Assembly: GCA_963796685.1 (NCBI GenBank)
Contig: CAWCMR010000025.1
Span: 64,001-128,000, forward strand
Source: an uncultured delta proteobacterium
GTDB lineage: Bacteria; Myxococcota_A; Polyangia; Fen-1088
Reading direction: 5' to 3'
DNA: 64,000 nucleotides
The notes beneath the pieces are model-generated. The model saw only the letters and a list, made by a program, of their open reading frames with translations, searched no databases and was not told where the DNA came from. Made by a program: the position numbers and the translations under genes. Shown here piece by piece: positions 49,245-57,236 of this stretch (position 1 is its first letter; each line of letters starts with the position of its first letter).

Positions 49245-51107
49245 CTACAATTCCAGCAAGAACGCGTCATACTGAGGGGCTGAATAGACCGCGCTCAAAG
49301 CCGTGGTCTGCCCTCCGAAGTCGAGCACCTTGTTGTAGAAGCCGCCGATGGCCGTGCGATCCTTGTTGGCTCCGGTCCCCGTGCGGTTGATGGCGATGGA
49401 CACGGCGGTGGCGGCGCCCGAATTGGGATCGCCATAGGAGCTTGCGCATAAGGTCTGACCGCTCGCACCGCTGAGGGTTAGCGCGAATACCACAGGTTGC
49501 TCGGAAGTGGTGGGGAGTTGGTTGGACTGCAACACGCCACTGCCCGTGTCTAGCGAGTCGTAGTATCCGCCAACGACCACGATATTGCCCTCGGAATCCA
49601 CTGCCGCACCGCCGACCTGACTGCCATTCGCGCTCCCGCCGAACCCTTGCGCCCAAGAGGGCATCAGGGTCATGCCATCGAGCTTGGCCACGAAGCCACT
49701 GCCATTCTTGGCACTAGCGGGAGTCAAGGTCTTGGAACCGAAGACCACGGGTGCCTGGATGATTCCGCCCACGATCACGTTTCCCTGTGGGTCGAGCGCG
49801 AGCGTGACGGGGGTGATCTTCCCCGAGGTGCCGAAAGCCTGGGCCGCCAGGGTGGTCCCGTCAGCGCCGTTGAGCTTGGCCACCCAAGCGATTTGGTCCT
49901 GGCTGCCCGTCGGAGCTGGGGTGAGGGCACCCAGACCGAAATCGAGCGTTCCGGCATAGGTGCCGGCGAAGTAGGCGTTGCCACTGTCATCCAAGACGGC
50001 GGTACCGCAGCTTTGATCATGCGCATCGCCAAATAGCTTCGCCCACATCACGGTGCCATCGCTGGCCTTGATCGCGGCCACGATCACGTCGTTGCCGCCG
50101 GCATAGGTTCCGGTAGGATTGAGCGCGGTGGGTTTCTTCTTCGCCGCACCACAGACAAGGAAGTAGGCTTGGTTCGGATTGCCGGCAATCGCAGAGAAAT
50201 TGCCCGTTGGGCTGGTCCCGAGGTCGATCTTCTTCGACCAGGCTCCGGTGCCGTCGCTGTCGTTCAATCCCATGACGTAGGCAATGGCCTGGCTTCCAGC
50301 ATTGATGAGGGGGGGGATGATGCCGTTGACAGGGTCGATGTCGAGGGTCCCGGTGAATACCCCAGTGGCGACGACGTTGCCGCTGGTCACCGCTGTCCCG
50401 TAGACCGTCTGGTCTGAGCCGTCCCCAGCCGTGAAGACCCATGTCGCTTTGCCAGTCTCAGAATCGAGCTTGGCGACCATGGCGTCGGCGCTGCCGGCGT
50501 TGGTGAGTGTCTTGCCCGCAAAGGGCACGCTGTTCTTAGGAGCGGTCGGGTAGGGTTGGAATTCAGCTCCGGTGATGAGGCTTCCGTCATGGTCCCAAGA
50601 CAAGGTGTAGAGCTCGGGAACCGGATAATCCCAGGCATGCACGGGGCTCGAACATACGAAGACTCCTCCTCCATCCACCATAGCGCCGTCTACCGAACTG
50701 CCACCGCCAGCATCGACGGGCGGCAGGTCGGGCGTGATCGAGTGATCGACCGGCACATCTCGGCCGGCGTCGCTGACAACTCCGCCGCTGCCCGAGTCGA
50801 CGCCTCCACTTCCACCGCTGCCGTTACCCATATCGATGCCGCCGCCGCTGCCGCCAGCGGCCGTATCGGGAACCACCGAGACGGAATCCTTGCCCACTTC
50901 CGGCGAGGAAGGGGGCAAATCTAGACTTGGCGTGGCATCCTTCGGGAGCGCGGTGTCCGTGTTCGCCCCTCCGCTTCCACCACTTCCACCACTTCCGCCG
51001 CCGCCACCGCAGCCAGCGGCCACGAGCGCGGATGCTGCCGCGGTCAAGAACAGGCGGCAGAGAACTGTACCACGAACGGCATTACCTCGATGTGCGTGTC
51101 GAATCAT
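49245..51107 (-). CDS. Lipoprotein with Gly/Ser-rich linker and beta-propeller head
   Basis: Lipobox AAGC; DVIVAAI..DGTVMWAKLFG..DQSC..LDDSGNAYFAG; LCASSYGD. Confidence 0.85.
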   Translation of the reverse strand: MIRHAHRGNAVRGTVLCRLFLTAAASALVAAGCGGGGGSGGSGGSGGANTDTALPKDATPSLDLPPSSPEVGKDSVSVVPDTAAGGSGGGIDMGNGSGGSGGVDSGSGGVVSDAGRDVPVDHSITPDLPPVDAGGGSSVDGAMVDGGGVFVCSSPVHAWDYPVPELYTLSWDHDGSLITGAEFQPYPTAPKNSVPFAGKTLTNAGSADAMVAKLDSETGKATWVFTAGDGSDQTVYGTAVTSGNVVATGVFTGTLDIDPVNGIIPPLINAGSQAIAYVMGLNDSDGTGAWSKKIDLGTSPTGNFSAIAGNPNQAYFLVCGAAKKKPTALNPTGTYAGGNDVIVAAIKASDGTVMWAKLFGDAHDQSCGTAVLDDSGNAYFAGTYAGTLDFGLGALTPAPTGSQDQIAWVAKLNGADGTTLAAQAFGTSGKITPVTLALDPQGNVIVGGIIQAPVVFGSKTLTPASAKNGSGFVAKLDGMTLMPSWAQGFGGSANGSQVGGAAVDSEGNIVVVGGYYDSLDTGSGVLQSNQLPTTSEQPVVFALTLSGASGQTLCASSYGDPNSGAATAVSIAINRTGTGANKDRTAIGGFYNKVLDFGGQTTALSAVYSAPQYDAFLLEL

Positions 51108-51182
51108 GATTTCCTCGCTGTTGGTCGCCCCGAACGGGGACTAAGTGTCGTGCGTAGATACCCCCGTCAAAGGGTGCATCGG

Positions 51183-51222
51183 GTGATGAATTTGCGAATT
51201 TTGGGTGTCGTATTGGTTACGG
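51183..51222 (-). promoter_or_regulatory. Pho-box-like 11-bp-period array
   Basis: Minus strand CCGTAAC-caat-ACGACAC-ccaa-AATTCGC-aaat-TCATCAC. Confidence 0.45.
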
Positions 51223-51239
51223 TGCTGGTCATGGGCCGA

Positions 51240-53330
51240 TCATGGACCAATCCTGGCAAAACAACTGAAGTCGTTGCCATGGTCAGTCGCGCCGCCGTCT
51301 GGGACGGAGTACGTGACTACACCGATGGGAGGCCCCAGATCGATTTGCGAGCTGAAGGTGAGTACGATAATGCTTCCGGTCAGGTTGCCGGTCACTTGGT
51401 CGAGCCCAATGACGCCCGCGGCACCATTGGTCTTAAGCGGTGTTCCGAACCCCTTGGCGGCCACCACGGCACCGCTGCTAGCGTCGATTTGGGCAATGAA
51501 CCCGCCGCTGGCCCCCGGCGTGGCCAAGGGAACCGCCCCTATTGCGCAGCTCGTGCAGGATGGGCCATAGCTCCCGGAAACAAGGAGGTGCCCACCTTCT
51601 TCGGCCAAGCTCTTCACGTTCATGGTGGTCCCGGAGCCAATCCCCTTGGCCCAGACGAGGCTGCCGGTGGCTCCGTCGAAGCGGGCGATGAAGGTGGGTG
51701 CGTTCAGGGCAACGCCCCCGAACGAAGATCCCCCGTTCACCGTACCGGCCACGATGACGTCGCTTCCAAAAGCGGTCATGGCTTGGGGAGCAATGGTCTG
51801 ATTGCCGGTACCGATGCCTTGCGCCCAAGTCCATTTGTTTTGGGAATCAAGCTTGGCCAGAAACATCCATGCCGCGCCGCCTGCGTGGTCGACCACGGGC
51901 AAAGCTGGCAAAGCCGACTGCCCATCGCTCGCCTGCATTCCAAACTCCACCTCGCTGGCAAAGCGATAGGTACCGGCGACGTAGGTGTTGGACTGGGCGT
52001 CCGTCGCGAGGGTTCCGCAATACTCTTCGTTGGTGCCACCCACCTCGTCGGACCAAAGCACGGTCCCCCCGCTGGAACCGGCATCCGCCTGACCGCTGGA
52101 AATGCGCGCGACGACGACATCGGTTCCGCCCTGACAGAATTGCGGCTGTGACGCGCCCGGCGGCGAAAGGTCCCTGGCAGGATCGGGAATCGGCCCCGCA
52201 TCCGGCCGCAGCGCGCTCGTGGCGCACGCCACGGTCCCACACACCATAAACGACTCGCCGTTTGGATCTCCGGCGATGGCGCGCAGACCGAGGGTTCGGC
52301 CGTCCGTCTTGCCGCTCTGGAGGTTCAAGCGCGTGGCCCACTGCCCACTACCATCTCTTGCGCTTGCGCCCAGGATGAACTGGTCCCCGTTGTAAACCGC
52401 GTCCAGCTCATTCCCTCCGACGAACACGGCACCTCGGAGCGAACCTATGACGCCAACATGGCCGGCTCCGTCCACGGCAAAAGAGGTCACGCCTTGCTGC
52501 TGCGGTCCGGGAAACGCGACTGTCCAAGCGGCCATGAGCGTATTGGGATCCAGCCCGGCCAGGAACACATCGGTGTTGTTGGCGCCATAGGCTGGGTCCT
52601 GAACGATAGGCCCGCTCCCCAGATCGATTTGTCCGGTGAAGCTTCCGGCTAGCAAAATCTGTCCGTCAGCCGATTTGATAATCCCGCTTCCGTTCGTCGG
52701 CCAACCTTGGGCCTCGAACGACCAGGCCGCCATTGCGGTGGGGAAGCCACCTGGGCAGGTGCCGGTGGTCGGGTCGCACACGGCGCCAGGGCATTGGAGG
52801 CGGGTCCCGGCGCAAACGCCGCTCTTGCACTCATCCGAGTAAGTGCAGAGGTCGCCATCATCGCAAGTCGTTCCCTCGGGCGCGTTGGGGTTGTCGCATT
52901 CGCCGGTCTTGGGGCTGCACAAGCCGACGACGTGGCACGAATCGCTCGGTGGCGGACAGATTTTGAACGGTCCATCGAGGCAGGTCCCACCCTGGCAAAT
53001 GCTGCCCGTCGTGCAAGGCCTGCCCTGGCAGCTCGTTCCGTCCGCAAGAGCGACGTGGACGCACTCGAACGTATTGGTGTCACAACTGTCCGTGGTACAT
53101 GGATCGTCGTCATCGCAGCTCGGCGGACAGGCCGGACTGTCGACAGACCCCGCATCGAAACCAAATACGTCCCCCTGGTCGGCACGTGGGGCATCCAAGG
53201 CGTCGGCGGTAGATCGGTCAGTGCTGTTTCCGCTACACCCCATTCCGGTGAGTGTGCCCAGCCCAACCACCAGGGTGATGACCCGCTTCGACAGGCTATG
53301 GGGATTCGTCGGCTTTCTTGGCTTGTGCAT
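51240..53330 (-). CDS. Lipoprotein with Cys-rich CDDxDxCTxD repeats and beta-propeller head
   Basis: Lipobox GMGC; CDDDDPCTTDSC, CDDGDLCTYSDEC; propeller repeats DVFLAGLD, DVVVARI. Confidence 0.85.
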   Translation of the reverse strand: MHKPRKPTNPHSLSKRVITLVVGLGTLTGMGCSGNSTDRSTADALDAPRADQGDVFGFDAGSVDSPACPPSCDDDDPCTTDSCDTNTFECVHVALADGTSCQGRPCTTGSICQGGTCLDGPFKICPPPSDSCHVVGLCSPKTGECDNPNAPEGTTCDDGDLCTYSDECKSGVCAGTRLQCPGAVCDPTTGTCPGGFPTAMAAWSFEAQGWPTNGSGIIKSADGQILLAGSFTGQIDLGSGPIVQDPAYGANNTDVFLAGLDPNTLMAAWTVAFPGPQQQGVTSFAVDGAGHVGVIGSLRGAVFVGGNELDAVYNGDQFILGASARDGSGQWATRLNLQSGKTDGRTLGLRAIAGDPNGESFMVCGTVACATSALRPDAGPIPDPARDLSPPGASQPQFCQGGTDVVVARISSGQADAGSSGGTVLWSDEVGGTNEEYCGTLATDAQSNTYVAGTYRFASEVEFGMQASDGQSALPALPVVDHAGGAAWMFLAKLDSQNKWTWAQGIGTGNQTIAPQAMTAFGSDVIVAGTVNGGSSFGGVALNAPTFIARFDGATGSLVWAKGIGSGTTMNVKSLAEEGGHLLVSGSYGPSCTSCAIGAVPLATPGASGGFIAQIDASSGAVVAAKGFGTPLKTNGAAGVIGLDQVTGNLTGSIIVLTFSSQIDLGPPIGVVTYSVPDGGATDHGNDFSCFARIGP

Positions 53331-53390
53331 AGGACTCTGTGTAGGGGAAGAATTGGGGCCTCTTCTAGACGCTTTTGACGACCGATTTGT

Positions 53391-53430
53391 GTGAGCAGTT
53401 GGTTACACCTATGTGAACGAACGGTTACCC
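53391..53430 (-). promoter_or_regulatory. Four-unit Pho-box-like array
   Basis: Minus strand GGGTAAC-cgtt-CGTTCAC-atag-GTGTAAC-caac-TGCTCAC, exact 11-bp period. Confidence 0.6.
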
Positions 53431-53469
53431 TTCCCCACTGCAAATCTCGACTTCACCTGCGGCCTGTCG

Positions 53470-53498
53470 CCGTTGCGCAGTTGTAACCGAGCCGCCGC
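53470..53498 (+). promoter_or_regulatory. Degenerate Pho-box-like array upstream of the PstS-like family B gene
   Basis: CCGTTGC-gcag-TTGTAAC-cgag-CCGCCGC. Confidence 0.35.
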
Positions 53499-53585
53499 AA
53501 ATCCGTTTGACTGTCGAGTCACAGGTCTGGATATGTTGTCGCCTGGCTCGGGGTTGACGAGCCCCACGATGGAGGCAAGATTCCA

Positions 53586-54884
53586 ATGATTCAAATTCGA
53601 TGGTTTGTCGCGTTGGCAGGCGCGGCCGGAGTGTTTCTCGAAGCGTCGCTGGCCGAGGCTCAGACGCAGGCGTGCCCGGCCAACCCGATCGCGTGCGGCG
53701 ACACTTCCCAGTTGCCAAGTCCAGTCTTCTTGGCAGGGAGCAGCGCCTTCGAACCGATCTTGAGCCTGCTGGCGTTGCAAGTCAAAGCCAAGCAAGGCAT
53801 TTCCATTATCTATTCGCCCATCTCCTCGTGCAATGGCATCTCGTCCATCTACAATGACCCGTCGCTGGGTTTCGGCACCGCCCCCTTGCCGCTGACCGCG
53901 ACTCCTCATTACTACATGCAAAGCCCGACCGACCCGACGGTCTCTGCCTATTGCTCTTGCGTGCTTTCAGGCAATACCTATGCCAGCATCGGGGTGTCCG
54001 ACGTGGCCTTCGATTCCTGTCAGGGTGTTACAAAGCCCGCCAGCCTTGGCGAGTGGCTGGGACCCGAACAGGCCATGCTCATCGTCGTTCCCGAAGCCAA
54101 TGTCACCACGACCGCCATCTCGGCTGAGCAAGCCGGGGTCATCTGGGGTTGCGGTCAGACCGGCAACTTCCCTCCCTTCAATGACAACAACGCGATTCAG
54201 CAGCGCAGCTCCACCTCCGGAACTCAAATCATGGTTGCTCGCAATATCGGCTCCAGCGATGGCAAGGGCGGCTACCGCACGGTTCCCGAGAATGCCTTCA
54301 AGGGCAATGCCAACTCGTCCAGCTCCGCTTTGTTCAGCTCGCTCCTTTCCGTGCCCAATCCCCAGACCGCAATCGGGTTCCTTGCCAACGATTTCTATTC
54401 CACCCATCGTGCGCAGCTCAACTCACTTGCATTTCGAGGTTTCGGGCAGAAGTACGCCTACTACGCCGACACCGATTCCACCACGGACGACCTTTTGAAC
54501 GTCCGCGAAGGCCGCTATATGATCCAGGGACCGCTTCATTTCTTTGCGCCCCTGACCGCTACACTGGACGGGGGAGCGCCTGCGCCCAACCCGGCTATCA
54601 GTCTGATTCTCGATTGGCTGACCGGTGCAGTCCCCATCGACTCCGCCGATCCTGGAAGCTATGTCAGAACGGTCTCGACCAACGGAGACGTTCCACAGTG
54701 CGCGATGAAGGTCCGGATCAGCAAGGATGGCGGCTCCTTTACCCCCTATACCCCCCCGACCTCCTGCGATTGTGCCTTCCGGAGGGCCAAGAGCCTCAAG
54801 ATTCCCGCAGGCACCTGTGCTCCTTGCACCAGCGACGCTACCTGCACCGGCGGCACGCGCTGCCAGACCGGTTACTGCGAGTAG
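53586..54884 (+). CDS. Secreted Cys-rich PstS-fold substrate-binding protein, family B
   Basis: GGAGG RBS; signal peptide AEA/Q; FLAGSSA, SSCNG, GVSDV, QRSSTSGTQ, AIGF, EGRYMIQGPLHF. Confidence 0.8.
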   Translation: MIQIRWFVALAGAAGVFLEASLAEAQTQACPANPIACGDTSQLPSPVFLAGSSAFEPILSLLALQVKAKQGISIIYSPISSCNGISSIYNDPSLGFGTAPLPLTATPHYYMQSPTDPTVSAYCSCVLSGNTYASIGVSDVAFDSCQGVTKPASLGEWLGPEQAMLIVVPEANVTTTAISAEQAGVIWGCGQTGNFPPFNDNNAIQQRSSTSGTQIMVARNIGSSDGKGGYRTVPENAFKGNANSSSSALFSSLLSVPNPQTAIGFLANDFYSTHRAQLNSLAFRGFGQKYAYYADTDSTTDDLLNVREGRYMIQGPLHFFAPLTATLDGGAPAPNPAISLILDWLTGAVPIDSADPGSYVRTVSTNGDVPQCAMKVRISKDGGSFTPYTPPTSCDCAFRRAKSLKIPAGTCAPCTSDATCTGGTRCQTGYCE

Positions 54885-54904
54885 TCAATTCGGAGGACAC
54901 GTCC

Positions 54905-55273
54905 ATGAAGATCTTCAAGCTTTCGATGTTGGCGCTCGCCCTCATTGGTTTTGCGGTGCTCGGTTGCAGCAGCAGCGGTGGTTCTAAACCCGATTACGTC
55001 TTTCCAAGCAGTGGCGGTAGTATCGCCACGGACACTCCAGGAATGGGCGGCAGCGGTGGAACGGACAGTGGTGGTCCGGATATCGCGATACCGACTGACG
55101 TTTCTCCCTCCGACGAGGCCGGTTCCGCTCCCGCCGTCGGCTGCGGCGATTGCACGGGTCTTACGCCACAGCAATGCCATGACTGCATCATCAATCAGAC
55201 TCCGAGCGGCGTGCTCATCCAAGATCCGGGCGTCAACCCGCCGATTCCGTATCCAGAGTGTACGGCCGGCTGA
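54905..55273 (+). CDS. Small Cys-containing lipoprotein (paralog of 29637..29933)
   Basis: GGAGG RBS; lipobox VLGC; CHDCIINQ motif and terminal Cys. Confidence 0.8.
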   Translation: MKIFKLSMLALALIGFAVLGCSSSGGSKPDYVFPSSGGSIATDTPGMGGSGGTDSGGPDIAIPTDVSPSDEAGSAPAVGCGDCTGLTPQQCHDCIINQTPSGVLIQDPGVNPPIPYPECTAG

Positions 55274-55329
55274 CACACAGGGCTCGGTGGCGGTGGTCAA
55301 ATTGACGCATATTTCCCCGTGAACCATTG

Positions 55330-55358
55330 CGTTCACGATTCCGTGGCGCTGTTGTCAC
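55330..55358 (+). promoter_or_regulatory. Pho-box-like array upstream of the second regulator
   Basis: CGTTCAC-gatt-CCGTGGC-gctg-TTGTCAC; a possible -10 (TATCTT) lies at 55381. Confidence 0.55.
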
Positions 55359-55393
55359 TATCGTTTTCAAGCCAGTTCGATATCTTCCGTGAT

Positions 55394-56194
55394 GTGTTGG
55401 GTATTGCTACTCAGGCGTCAGGACGCATTCTTCTTGTCGACGGCGATCCGGCCTTTAGCGATTCGCTTCGCCATAGTCTCGAAGCCGTAGGCTATCAGGT
55501 AAGACCGGTGGGTACCGGTGAGGATGCCTTGCGACTGTTCACCGAGTTCAGGCCGCACCTGGTCCTGATAGACGTTTCGCTCCCCGATATTCCCGGTTTC
55601 GAAGTGTGCCGAAGAATACGCACAAGCTCGATGTCTTCGCAGCCCGCGATCATCATCGCCACGGCCGATGCGCGGGAAGGTGACCGTGTTGCGGGATTCG
55701 AAGTTGGAGCGGACGACTTCGTGGCCAAGCCCTTTAGCTTGGATGAGCTGATATTACGAATTCATGCCCGGCTGCAAGGCCGAAGCACCAGCGAGGGCAC
55801 CACGATGATGGCGCACCATGCGCCCCCGGATGGGAAGGTTGAAGACGACCGATACCTCGCCCTTGGCCCCTTGGAGATCGATCGCGCGAGCCATCGCGCG
55901 TTTCTCTCTGGTAGGGAGATCAATCTGAGCGTGCAAGAAATGCGTTTGCTCGTTTACTTGGCCAGCGAGCCGGGCAAGATGCACGCTCGCCAAGACTTGC
56001 TGACTGCCGTATGGGGATACCACCCTCAAGCTACGAGCCGCACGCTCGATACGCACATCAAGCGATTGCGCGACAAGTTCGGTCCCTTGGCTACGATGCT
56101 CCAAACCGTACACGGGGTCGGCTACCGTCTTACCCTGCCGCTGGAAGGCCCACGCAGCTCGCGTCCCGTGGAGCATGCCAGGCGTCGGAGGTGA
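55394..56194 (+). CDS. OmpR/PhoB-family response regulator (PhoB-like), orphan
   Basis: ILLVDGD, LIDVSLPD, GADDFVAKPF, SRTLDTHIKRLRDKFG..LQTVHGVGY. Start is approximate. Confidence 0.9.
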   Translation: MLGIATQASGRILLVDGDPAFSDSLRHSLEAVGYQVRPVGTGEDALRLFTEFRPHLVLIDVSLPDIPGFEVCRRIRTSSMSSQPAIIIATADAREGDRVAGFEVGADDFVAKPFSLDELILRIHARLQGRSTSEGTTMMAHHAPPDGKVEDDRYLALGPLEIDRASHRAFLSGREINLSVQEMRLLVYLASEPGKMHARQDLLTAVWGYHPQATSRTLDTHIKRLRDKFGPLATMLQTVHGVGYRLTLPLEGPRSSRPVEHARRRR

Positions 56195-56268
56195 AGAATG
56201 CACTATTCGGACTAGCCCGGGCCACGACCATAGAACTGCACCGAGTTGTGGGGGCGCCCGAAAGCCTT

Positions 56269-57222
56269 TCAGGGAGCGACCTGGATCGTGTACGACTTCC
56301 AGTCTATACCGCCACGCGAATCGCGCAGGACCAGCCACAGATAGACGGTTCCTGCTTGCATGGGCGCCGTCCAGGGGTTGCTGGTCGAGGTGGCGGTCTC
56401 GCCCGAGGCTACGCCCGTCCGGTCGTGCTCGAAGGTTCCGCCAGTCACGAACCAAGACATGTGAAGGCTCTCCTGCTGCGACACCAGGGTCTGGGTTTGC
56501 GCGTCGTAGACTTGGAAGACCTCGGCAGAACCAGGGGCAAATGTCGCGTTGACGGTGACACGGAAACCCGCGTTCACCGTCTGGATGCCCGCATCGAGAG
56601 AAAGCGCATTGCCCGCATCATCGAGGAGGTCGGTGTGGTCGATGCCGGGATCGACGTTGGGCTGGTACTGGCTGTTGTAGTCCTGGATCAGCCCCGAGGG
56701 GGCATTCGCGAGACCGCATCCGATGCGCTCGAGGGCAAACCCGGACAGGACCCCCGTGGGCAAATTCGAAAACAACACCTGAACCGGCAGGTAGTATCCG
56801 CCGGTGCTGTCGGGGTCGCGTGGTCGCACGGGTGGCTGGCCGGCTGCCGGGGGAGGCGCGATGGGGCCAAACAACTGGCAGGCCTTGGCGGGAACGGTCG
56901 ACGTGAAGGTCTGTCCCCCGGTACCGACCCCGGCATCGGGGATCCCCGCACAAGCACTCGACACGGCATTGCTTTCCGAGGGTGGCTTGGGCGTCAGGCA
57001 CACGTCCCAGAGGGCGTCGGCATTGTTCTCCTGACCGACGGGCGAAGCCAGCAGGAACGAATAGCTCACGCTCGTGTTGGGCTTGGCCTCGGCCGGCTCG
57101 CCGCGTACCGCAAGCAAGGCATAGTCCGTCACCAAATAGGGCGGCTGACCCACGCTTGGTTTGCAGGCCGACACGAGTGTGCAGGCGGCAACGACGAACA
57201 TGATTCCTTGCTTTGAGGTCAT
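56269..57222 (-). CDS. Lipoprotein downstream of the TonB-dependent receptor (paralog of 23452..24471)
   Basis: Lipobox VSAC; shared motifs RPRDPDSTGGYY, WLVLRDSRGG. Confidence 0.85.
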   Translation of the reverse strand: MTSKQGIMFVVAACTLVSACKPSVGQPPYLVTDYALLAVRGEPAEAKPNTSVSYSFLLASPVGQENNADALWDVCLTPKPPSESNAVSSACAGIPDAGVGTGGQTFTSTVPAKACQLFGPIAPPPAAGQPPVRPRDPDSTGGYYLPVQVLFSNLPTGVLSGFALERIGCGLANAPSGLIQDYNSQYQPNVDPGIDHTDLLDDAGNALSLDAGIQTVNAGFRVTVNATFAPGSAEVFQVYDAQTQTLVSQQESLHMSWFVTGGTFEHDRTGVASGETATSTSNPWTAPMQAGTVYLWLVLRDSRGGIDWKSYTIQVAP

Positions 57223-57236
57223 GGCGGAATCCTCGG

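Noticed and set aside
19094-55273. Cys-rich exoproteins plus porin as a porin-cytochrome electron conduit
   Set aside because: The CxxC motifs lack the following His. The only CxxCH I saw in a credible gene is in the cytochrome at 2058.
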